64,000 nucleotides of DNA from a virus. The notes under the pieces are model-generated. The model was not told the DNA's origin and made no database searches. It was given only the letters and a program-made list of their open reading frames with translations. Where the stretch lies: IMG/VR virus record IMGVR_UViG_3300022934_000003; one strand, written 5' to 3'. Numbering within the stretch: the stretch's first letter is position 1; every line of letters starts with the position of its first letter. Both the position numbers and the translations under genes were made by a program. Below, in pieces: positions 9,008 to 16,833 of this stretch.

Positions 9008-9187
9008 TTACTCCTGTCCGTTACACCAATGACGACGAGTAGCAGCCTTATTCGCTAATTCACTAAAACGATCGGCGCATTCTCTTAATTTATTGCCAAA
9101 ATCAGTATGTCCTTTTTCTAATGTACGAGCAATATCATGCATGAATAAAATCATTTCTTGATCTGATCTATCTTTTTCATCTACCAT
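9008..9187 (-). CDS. 59-aa hypothetical protein missing from ORF track
   Basis: MVDEKDRSDQEMILFMHDIARTLEKGHTDFGNKLRECADRFSELANKAATRRHWCNGQE; AGGAG RBS. Confidence 0.6.
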   Translation of the reverse strand: MVDEKDRSDQEMILFMHDIARTLEKGHTDFGNKLRECADRFSELANKAATRRHWCNGQE

Positions 9188-9596
9188 CTTCTCTCTCCTT
9201 GACTCTTTTTCTTAAATCACTTGAACTAAATCTATGATCTCTTTTATTAAAGTATAATTGGATACCGCGTTTTTTGCAAATATCCTTACCGGTAAAATCC
9301 AGCTCTTTATACTCCTCTCCTAATATTCTAACATGGATATCATACATTGTCAATATATCTTCGACATCTTTTTCAGAATTATATGGGATAATTTCATCTA
9401 CATATTGAACTGCATTAAGTTGAGTATATCTTTCAACTACAGTTTGTACTGGAGAATTTTTTTCTGGACGATCTAAACTTGGATCCATTTGCAAACCACA
9501 AATTAGATAATCACATTGATCTTTTGCTTCACGTAGCATTTGTACATGACCAGCATGTAACAAATCAAACGTACTAAATGTTATTCCTACTTTCAT
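9177..9596 (-). CDS. tagD: glycerol-3-phosphate cytidylyltransferase (TagD-like)
   Basis: TFDLLHAGH, CDYLICGLQ, RDHRFSSS. Confidence 0.88.
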   Translation of the reverse strand: MKVGITFSTFDLLHAGHVQMLREAKDQCDYLICGLQMDPSLDRPEKNSPVQTVVERYTQLNAVQYVDEIIPYNSEKDVEDILTMYDIHVRILGEEYKELDFTGKDICKKRGIQLYFNKRDHRFSSSDLRKRVKEREDGR

Positions 9597-10341
9597 TTTT
9601 TAACTCATTATTATATTTTATTGCTGATTCAATTATAGTTAATGGCGAATTGAAGTTTTGTCCTGTGAAAGCAATTGCTGATGTATCTTTAGGGAAACAA
9701 TGTCCGCCAAAGCCTCGCTCTTCTGTAACATAACTATGACTATCACCAATTCTTTTATCTTCTGCTACTAATGTACAAACTACGTCTGGATCAATTTCTG
9801 CTGTTTTGCATAAATCATATATTTGATTAAAGAATGAAACCTTTGTAGCAAGAAAACTATTTATGAAATACTTAGATAAAATTAATTCTTCTGCACCATA
9901 TACTGATACTACTTGTATATTTAAAGCATCTGAAATTAAATCTTCCCAAAAATAAGTATCACCATCACCAATATAAACAAGATCTTGGTTTTTAAAATCT
10001 TCTAAAGCATAAGCTGCTCTTAAATACTCTGGTGAAAATGTAATTGCTCGATTTGGATATTCATTTTTTATTGTTCTCCAACCTTCAAGCGAAATAGTAC
10101 TTTTAATAAGAACACGAACATCTTCAGGAATAAGTGAAAGGGCGTTATATACATTGTACATATCGCATGAACCATCTTCTTTTTGGGGAGTAGAAACTGC
10201 AATGATTGCAGCGTCTGGATTGTCGTGTAATTGATCAAATCCTAATGCAGGATCGTATACATGAGTTTTGATTGAATTACCTTCTAAGGCAAGAGCATGC
10301 GCTTTACCTACAAATCCATAACCAAAAATAGAAATATTCAT
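9574..10341 (-). CDS. UDP-glucose/GDP-mannose dehydrogenase family protein (short form)
   Basis: GYGFVG, IKST, SPEYLR, FGGHCFPKD. Confidence 0.85.
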   Translation of the reverse strand: MNISIFGYGFVGKAHALALEGNSIKTHVYDPALGFDQLHDNPDAAIIAVSTPQKEDGSCDMYNVYNALSLIPEDVRVLIKSTISLEGWRTIKNEYPNRAITFSPEYLRAAYALEDFKNQDLVYIGDGDTYFWEDLISDALNIQVVSVYGAEELILSKYFINSFLATKVSFFNQIYDLCKTAEIDPDVVCTLVAEDKRIGDSHSYVTEERGFGGHCFPKDTSAIAFTGQNFNSPLTIIESAIKYNNELKNESRNNI

Positions 10342-10688
10342 TATAAAATTGTTCCTGTTTGCTTTTGCTTATAAGGGTCTTTCCAATCGTGAATCCTTTT
10401 GAGCTTTTCTTCTGTAGTTAAATTTGCCATGTAATCATTATCACGATCCCACAAATTTAATATTTGCTGCTCATCAACAATTTCAGTATCTACAATATGT
10501 TCACCCATATAATGTTGAGAAAATTCTGCTACATCTTCACATACAACAGAATCTTGAGCCCACTCAATTGCTTTATCATCATCAATTATAGTATTTGTAT
10601 TTAGCTTTTGCAATTCACTTACAGGAACAACGTAACGCATACGATGAGTAGAAGTTGCTGTTACTACAACATATTTTTCACTGGACAT
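10341..10688 (-). CDS. conserved phage hypothetical protein
   Basis: HRMRYVV...WAQDSV...EFSQHYMGE; AGGAG RBS. Confidence 0.7.
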   Translation of the reverse strand: MSSEKYVVVTATSTHRMRYVVPVSELQKLNTNTIIDDDKAIEWAQDSVVCEDVAEFSQHYMGEHIVDTEIVDEQQILNLWDRDNDYMANLTTEEKLKRIHDWKDPYKQKQTGTIL

Positions 10689-10799
10689 TAATATCTCCTA
10701 ATACATTAATTTTTAATTCATCTATATCAATTAATATTTCGTAATCATTTTGTAAAAAGCACTTCATAGCTTCTTTAAAATCTTTACGATTATTATAAT

Positions 10800-10828
10800 A
10801 TAATATCATAGGTTTTTTCATTTGTCAA
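10800..10828 (-). promoter_or_regulatory. sigma70-type promoter TTGACA-N17-TATTAT
   Basis: tgtcaa 10823-10828, ataata 10800-10805. Confidence 0.65.
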
Positions 10829-10834
10829 CTGTTT

Positions 10835-11008
10835 TTACCAATCACCATTATCTAAAACAATTCTTATATTTAAAAATAAAAATTGAATATCAATTCTCCA
10901 TCCAAATGGACTTAATTCATCTGGTACTATAGTGTTAAACCTAAACGACCAGTGAAAAGGATTTAGTGCGAAGTTAATCCAAATTCCGCTATGCTTTAAC
11001 CAGTTCAT
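10835..11008 (-). CDS. 57-aa hypothetical protein missing from ORF track
   Basis: MNWLKHSGIWINFALNPFHWSFRFNTIVPDELSPFGWRIDIQFLFLNIRIVLDNGDW. Confidence 0.6.
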   Translation of the reverse strand: MNWLKHSGIWINFALNPFHWSFRFNTIVPDELSPFGWRIDIQFLFLNIRIVLDNGDW

Positions 11009-11516
11009 AATTTACTGGTGTAAAATTAATTGCTTCTACACTTACACATCTATATGGTCCTTTTGGACACGGATTACTATGGATATGGCCATGAATATTA
11101 AGACCACTAATACCATCTTTCCATCTGTTCTTTTCTTGTAAAGTAGATGGATGCATAGGCAAATGAGTTAGAATTGCTTCATCAAACATCTTCCATAATT
11201 GTATTGATTTAAAATATGGAGCAAGAAATTTAGGATTATCATGGTTACCTAATATGAGATGTTTCTTACCATTAAGTCTATGCATATTATTTGCTAGCCA
11301 CTCTTCTTTATTTTCACCCAGCATAAAATCACCAAGATGGTATATTAAATCGTTTGGTTTAACAACACTATTCCAATTATCAATAAGTTCTTCGTTCATT
11401 GATTCTACATCTTGCCAGAGATGTCCACGCACAAGATCACCAGTATCATGTCTGGTAAATTCTAAAATTTTTTCATGATTAAAGTGAGTATCACTTATAA
11501 GCCAGATGTCTGCCAT
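10989..11516 (-). CDS. calcineurin-like metallophosphoesterase
   Basis: SDTHF, HLGDF, GNHD, HGHIH. Confidence 0.9.
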   Translation of the reverse strand: MADIWLISDTHFNHEKILEFTRHDTGDLVRGHLWQDVESMNEELIDNWNSVVKPNDLIYHLGDFMLGENKEEWLANNMHRLNGKKHLILGNHDNPKFLAPYFKSIQLWKMFDEAILTHLPMHPSTLQEKNRWKDGISGLNIHGHIHSNPCPKGPYRCVSVEAINFTPVNYELVKA

Positions 11517-11543
11517 TTTCTAAAAGTAATTTTAATAATATTA

Positions 11544-11572
11544 ATTATAACACAGTTTTCAGAAAATGTCAA
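11544..11572 (-). promoter_or_regulatory. sigma70-type promoter
   Basis: tgtcaa 11567-11572, attata 11544-11549, 17-bp spacer. Confidence 0.85.
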
Positions 11573-11799
11573 CTATTTTCTAACATATTTTTAATTCGAG
11601 AAATAGTACCATCATTTTTTGCTTTATCTGACCAATAAGTTTCATCTTCTACAAGTGCAATTAATATATCACGTAAAATCATATTTTTATTTCTGATTTT
11701 ATCTATTTCTTTGCGCATATTAGAAGTTGATGCTTTTGTTTGATTTAATTCTAATTCAAGACCTTGAATTACTTTTTTGTTTGGATCATTCTTTGCCAT
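11569..11799 (-). CDS. coiled-coil hypothetical protein
   Basis: ORF overlapping upstream gene. Confidence 0.55.
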   Translation of the reverse strand: MAKNDPNKKVIQGLELELNQTKASTSNMRKEIDKIRNKNMILRDILIALVEDETYWSDKAKNDGTISRIKNMLENS

Positions 11800-13342
11800 A
11801 TTTTTTAATAAACTCGTAATCGCTAGCGTATGCTCGTTTAATAAATTCTATCTGCTCTTTAGTTAAATCTTCTTTGGTGATTTCTTTTTCAGTAGCATTA
11901 TAATGCAAATCAATATTTAATTCTTTATTTAAATTTTCTCTTTTAATGATTGTAAATTCTTTAAAATTATCTGTATCAACAAATCTACACTGTGGATGAA
12001 AGTGATGTACTTGATGAAAAGAATTAATTTTATTCATATTTGCAAAGAAATAATCTATTTTTTCTTGCTTAGTACAATCTTCTAATTTTACATCGAACGA
12101 TTGAAAAAGATTATCTCCATAATCCCAGTATCTTTGTTTAGGAACAACAAATACATTAATTAAAGAAATAAATCTATCAACTGGATCTGTCCATACAACA
12201 ATTGGCTTGCTTCTTTTAGCAAGGTCTTTATATAGCTTTGTACTGCGCAATACCTGTTGACGATCTGGAAAACTTTCTTTCATTGTTACAGAACAACTTC
12301 TTGGAATTTCAAACCAAGTCTGTTTACCTTCTTTATCTAATTGATACATTAAAGGAAACTCTAGTTTTTGACACCAATAACAATGACAATCATTAAATGC
12401 AAATGGCTCATCTAATTTAACTTCAGGTAATAAGAAATCTTTAATCCATTGCTTTTCAAATATTAATTTTGGTAATGACGAATGCGGATATCTTTTTAAT
12501 ACATGATCTTTGTTTCCATCCGGAGCAACATTACCTTCAATAGGTGCAGTTGTATCTACAAACTTTTTATAATCAGAATAGCCTTCGCCTGTATCCATCC
12601 ATTTAAAGCTGTCATATGCATGAGCAAATGAATCTGCTTTAGTTTGTCTTTGATCTTTATTTCCCATCCAAGCAAAGTGCCAACCCATATCTTGTATTAC
12701 TTCTCCATTATGTCTTGGATGTTGTACTGGCATAGAAACGTTTCCACATCTCATATTACTAATTTTATTTTCCATAATTTTTTGCTTAGTTGCAAAAAAC
12801 ATTGCTTTCCACCAAACAACAGGAGCACCATTTCTATGATGGATTCTTAAATCTGCGCGGCCTTGCAAATATACTAATGGAATTTTTACAAGAATTCCTG
12901 GATTGTTTTTTGCTAATCCTGCTACCCATTTAATATGTTGTGGATTAATAATCTCATCAGCATCTCCATAAATGAATACATCATCAGGTTGGAAATCTTG
13001 CATTGCCATCATTACAGCATCTTTTTGTAAGCGTTCTCTTACACGAGCATATAATGATTCAGTATTATTTGCATTTACTCCCGCATTTCTTTTATCAATT
13101 TCTAAAATTTGTAAGTCTTTTGTTTCGGGAATATCATGCTCTACATAATGAATCTTTTCAATAGGAAGTCCAAGCTTACGAGCAATTTCCATAAACTTTC
13201 TTTCTACTGGTTTACCACTATGAGTTTTATTTGATTCAACAATAATAAATTTATCTACATGATCTTTTAATAAGTTAACACGTAAATAAAGAAGCTCTTC
13301 ACCGTAAGGTGCAAAAAATGGAAAACAATCTACAATCGCCAT
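11786..13342 (-). CDS. GT17-like glycosyltransferase fused to a sulfotransferase-2-like domain
   Basis: N: DCFPFF..ELLYLR..VDKFIIVESNKTHSG, RERLQ, GDADEI, GWHFAWMG; C: EIPRSCSVT, DPVDRFIS, HFHPQ, YASDYEF. Confidence 0.75.
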   Translation of the reverse strand: MAIVDCFPFFAPYGEELLYLRVNLLKDHVDKFIIVESNKTHSGKPVERKFMEIARKLGLPIEKIHYVEHDIPETKDLQILEIDKRNAGVNANNTESLYARVRERLQKDAVMMAMQDFQPDDVFIYGDADEIINPQHIKWVAGLAKNNPGILVKIPLVYLQGRADLRIHHRNGAPVVWWKAMFFATKQKIMENKISNMRCGNVSMPVQHPRHNGEVIQDMGWHFAWMGNKDQRQTKADSFAHAYDSFKWMDTGEGYSDYKKFVDTTAPIEGNVAPDGNKDHVLKRYPHSSLPKLIFEKQWIKDFLLPEVKLDEPFAFNDCHCYWCQKLEFPLMYQLDKEGKQTWFEIPRSCSVTMKESFPDRQQVLRSTKLYKDLAKRSKPIVVWTDPVDRFISLINVFVVPKQRYWDYGDNLFQSFDVKLEDCTKQEKIDYFFANMNKINSFHQVHHFHPQCRFVDTDNFKEFTIIKRENLNKELNIDLHYNATEKEITKEDLTKEQIEFIKRAYASDYEFIKKYGKE

Positions 13343-13921
13343 TTATTCTACTCTCTCCAATACTGTAAGTCCATTATTATTTGTTCTATGAGTTTTAAAT
13401 TTCCAATGAGGATTTGCAATTACAAATTCAATTACTGCAGGAAGTAGTCCCTGTCCTTTAATTGCTTTACGATCCGGATTTTTCCACCATTCTTTATCTT
13501 CATCTCTTACTCCATAAGTATGAGTATCGTGAAATGCTAAATATTTTTTAGGTGTATTACCGTGTAATTTTAATTCTTTTTGTAATTGTTCTTTTGAATG
13601 CCAAGTATCAATAAAAATCATATCAGTTGGTTCAATAAGAAGTGTTAAAGTATTTCCTCTTCTATACTTAACATCTTTACCATCTAGCTCAGCCAAATTA
13701 AATAAATTTTGTAAAGGTGGATGCATTTCTAAATCATATGCTCTTAATTTACAAGGAGCTCTTAAAAAGGCTTTTGTGCTATCGCCAAAGCGACTACCAA
13801 ATTCAGTTACATGATCGCATTCACAAGCTAATTCATATAATAGTTCTAAGTGTTCATTAATATCACCAGGTGTATTTAATACTTGTTGATATTCTTGTTC
13901 TATTACGTCTGAAAAATTCAT
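13343..13921 (-). CDS. class I SAM methyltransferase (Methyltransf_24-like)
   Basis: EFGSRFGDST, DMIFIDTWH, FHDT, NNNGLTVL. Confidence 0.8.
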   Translation of the reverse strand: MNFSDVIEQEYQQVLNTPGDINEHLELLYELACECDHVTEFGSRFGDSTKAFLRAPCKLRAYDLEMHPPLQNLFNLAELDGKDVKYRRGNTLTLLIEPTDMIFIDTWHSKEQLQKELKLHGNTPKKYLAFHDTHTYGVRDEDKEWWKNPDRKAIKGQGLLPAVIEFVIANPHWKFKTHRTNNNGLTVLERVE

Positions 13922-13929
13922 TATTTCTC

Positions 13930-14958
13930 CTATGCTTTTAACCAGCGGTCATTTTTAAGTGTCCACTCAACTACCTCTGCAATTCTATCTCTTACTGGAA
14001 CTGGTTCCCAACCAAATAAATCTTTCATACGATCACCACTCATTGCATAACGTAAGTCATGTCCAGGACGTGCTGAATGAAAATCTACCATTTCATACTT
14101 GAGTTCTTTACCTTGCGCCTCCGCAATAATTTTTGCAAGATCAAGATTACTTAATTCTTCGCCACCTACAATATTATATTTTTGAGCTCTAATTCCAGAG
14201 TTATCATTAATTGGTTGATGTACATCATTCTCTAAAAGTACCATCATTGCATCTGCAACATCAGCAGCATGAATATAATGACGAGAGCCTGCAACAGTTT
14301 TAGATGGATCACTATGAATAGTAACTACCTCACCATCGCGAGCACGTTTAATACACATTGGAATAAACTTTTCAGGATGTTGACGCTCACCAAATACGTT
14401 CATTGTATGACTAATAATCATAGGCATTTTATAAGTATTTTCAAAAGCAACTGCTAATTCTTCAGCTCCTGCTTTAGTAGCACTATATGGATTGGTTGAA
14501 TTATAACGAGCATATTCATCATATTTAATACCATTAGGAGCAGGGCCAAATACTTCATCTGTACTAAAGTAAATAAACTTTTCTAGACTATCAAGATGAC
14601 GACCATAATTTAAAATATTACAAGTACCAACGACATTATCCATTACAAATTCTTCTGGGAAAGTAATAGAACGATCTACGTGTGAACCAGCAGCCATATG
14701 AACAACATAATCAATGCGTCCAATGTCTGCTACAATCATAGGATTAAGTTCGGCTTTAAGATCATGATAAACGATTTTTACTCTTTTCTTTTGATCTGCT
14801 GGTAGATCATTTAGTATATCATGTAGACGGTTAAGATTGCCACTGTAATCTAAACGATCTAGTGATACAACTTCCCAATCTGTTCTGCGTAAAATTTCGT
14901 TGATGGCGTGGTGAGCAATAAATCCTGCGCCGCCCGTAATAAGAACCCTTTTTGACAT
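13930..14958 (-). CDS. rfbB: dTDP-glucose 4,6-dehydratase-like NAD-dependent epimerase/dehydratase
   Basis: TGGAGFIA, SHVDRSI, STDEVFG, YSATK, RPGHDLRYA. Confidence 0.88.
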   Translation of the reverse strand: MSKRVLITGGAGFIAHHAINEILRRTDWEVVSLDRLDYSGNLNRLHDILNDLPADQKKRVKIVYHDLKAELNPMIVADIGRIDYVVHMAAGSHVDRSITFPEEFVMDNVVGTCNILNYGRHLDSLEKFIYFSTDEVFGPAPNGIKYDEYARYNSTNPYSATKAGAEELAVAFENTYKMPMIISHTMNVFGERQHPEKFIPMCIKRARDGEVVTIHSDPSKTVAGSRHYIHAADVADAMMVLLENDVHQPINDNSGIRAQKYNIVGGEELSNLDLAKIIAEAQGKELKYEMVDFHSARPGHDLRYAMSGDRMKDLFGWEPVPVRDRIAEVVEWTLKNDRWLKA

Positions 14959-14993
14959 TATATCTCCTTCATCAATAACATTGTATATATTTT

Positions 14994-15001
14994 TATTTAT
15001 C
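14994..15001 (-). promoter_or_regulatory. late-promoter variant GATAAATA upstream of the dehydratase/MTase/GT17 genes
   Basis: tatttatc, intergenic, 7/8 match. Confidence 0.45.
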
Positions 15002-15420
15002 TATTTTAACCAGCCTATTTTTTCTCCGGCTTTAATTCTTCTTTCTGCTTCTGCTTGAGATCCAGGATAACGAGATGCCCAAACAACAATTGCTGAGAAT
15101 AACATAAACATCCAGAATACTGCTTTTTCATTTCCAGTAGTATAGTAAGTAATACCTAAAGATGAAAGCATTACTGTAACCATAAAAAATTTTGCATAGG
15201 TTGGATATACTCTATGCTTAGACCAGTTTTTAATAAACGGACCAAACTTTGGATGATTTAAAATGAAATCATGAAATTTTTTGCTAGACTTCGCAAAACA
15301 AAATGCTGCTCCTAAAGCAGGAGTACTCCAAGGCAAGCCTGGTAATATTACACCAAGATATGCAACTCCCAATAAAATAATTCCAAGTGTAAACCAAATG
15401 GCTTTTTTAATTTTTTCCAT
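15001..15420 (-). CDS. YbaN/DUF454 inner-membrane protein; likely start MEKIK
   Basis: GVILPGLPWSTP..AAFCFAKSS..FH..ILNHPKFGP. Confidence 0.85.
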   Translation of the reverse strand: MEKIKKAIWFTLGIILLGVAYLGVILPGLPWSTPALGAAFCFAKSSKKFHDFILNHPKFGPFIKNWSKHRVYPTYAKFFMVTVMLSSLGITYYTTGNEKAVFWMFMLFSAIVVWASRYPGSQAEAERRIKAGEKIGWLK

Positions 15421-15481
15421 AACTGTTCCTTTCTTTCTCAATCTAGAGAAAAAAGCATTCTCAAGTTGATTCATTTATTTA

Positions 15482-15700
15482 TTAACTTAATTTGTCTCTT
15501 AGATCAGTAAACCCACCAATTGCCTCACCGTCCATCATAATTTGTGGAACTGTTTTTGCGCCTGGAAATTTTTCCAATAATTCAGATTTAGTATAATCTA
15601 CATCCATTTGTTTATATGTATAATCAAGTCCTTTTGCTTCACATAAATTTTTTGCTTGAACACAAAATGGACAACTATCTCTACCGTAAATTTCTATCAT
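15482..15700 (-). CDS. nrdC: glutaredoxin
   Basis: CPFC, TVPQI, IGGF. Confidence 0.92.
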   Translation of the reverse strand: MIEIYGRDSCPFCVQAKNLCEAKGLDYTYKQMDVDYTKSELLEKFPGAKTVPQIMMDGEAIGGFTDLRDKLS

Positions 15701-16824
15701 AATGAAAATCCTTTAAATGTATCTGTTGAAACGTCTTGTTTAGTACCACCTTGAATATAAGAAGTAATTTCAGTTTCTTGTGGAGCAACTTGTACTTCAC
15801 CGCCTGAAATCCACTTTTGAGTCCAAGGTAATGGGTTATTCTTCTGGCTATATGGAGAATCTAATTTGATATTAGTCATTCGACGTGTAGCAATATATTC
15901 AATATATTGGCCAAGAAGTTCTGCATTCAAACCAATCATTGATCCATCTTTAAATAGATATTCAGCCCATCTTTTTTCTTGATCGACTGCATCAACAAAC
16001 ATTTGAATACATTCTTTATTAGTTTCTTTTGCAATCTTTTCAAAGTCTTTATCTTCTTTTTGAAGTAACTTAAGCATTGCTTGAGTAGAAGCAAGATGGA
16101 GATTTTCATCTCTTGCAATTAATTTAATAATTTTTGCATTACCTTCCATCTTTTTCAATTCTGCAAATGCCCAAGAACATGCAAATGAAACATAAAAGCG
16201 AACACCTTCGAGAATATTTACACTCATAAGTGTTAGCCATAATTTCTTTTTTAATTCATACTTATCTATTTTTATAACATGATTATTGACGTTATGTTTA
16301 CCTTCACCAAGTAAATTATACCACTGAGACATTTCAATAAGTTCATCATAATGCTTAGAAATATCATTAGCACAATTTGCGATTTCTTGTATATCTAGCA
16401 TTTCATCAAATACTTTTGATGGATTAGAATAGATATTACGAATAATATGAGTATATGATCTTGAATGAATTGTTTCAGAGAATGTCCAAGTAATAATCCA
16501 GTTTTCAAGTTCTGGTAACGAAACAATAGAGCCAAATGCTTCTGCCGGAGCTCTACCTTGTACACTATCTAATAATATTTGTCTTTTAAGATTTGATGTA
16601 AAAATATGTTGTTCAAACGGAGTTAATGATTTGAAATCTTTAGCGTCATTGTAAATATCAACTTCTTCTGGTCTCCAAAAGAAACCTAATTGCTTATCAG
16701 TAAGACCATCAAACTGTTTATATCTTAGTGTATCGTAACGTTGTAAAGTTGGTCCTCCTGATGGGTCCAAGAATGATGCTACAGATGTATGATCTGCTCT
16801 GTTATTAACATTAAAAACACTCAT
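15697..16824 (-). CDS. nrdB: class Ia ribonucleotide reductase beta subunit
   Basis: FFWRPEE, LDSVQ, ETIHSRSY, LEGVRFY, RDENLH, VAPQETEITSY. Confidence 0.98.
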   Translation of the reverse strand: MSVFNVNNRADHTSVASFLDPSGGPTLQRYDTLRYKQFDGLTDKQLGFFWRPEEVDIYNDAKDFKSLTPFEQHIFTSNLKRQILLDSVQGRAPAEAFGSIVSLPELENWIITWTFSETIHSRSYTHIIRNIYSNPSKVFDEMLDIQEIANCANDISKHYDELIEMSQWYNLLGEGKHNVNNHVIKIDKYELKKKLWLTLMSVNILEGVRFYVSFACSWAFAELKKMEGNAKIIKLIARDENLHLASTQAMLKLLQKEDKDFEKIAKETNKECIQMFVDAVDQEKRWAEYLFKDGSMIGLNAELLGQYIEYIATRRMTNIKLDSPYSQKNNPLPWTQKWISGGEVQVAPQETEITSYIQGGTKQDVSTDTFKGFSL

Positions 16825-16833
16825 TAAATTTCC

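Noticed and set aside
10681-10821. Possible ~47-aa ORF (MKKPMILYY...)
   Set aside because: Start lies inside the promoter spacer with no RBS; cannot be supported
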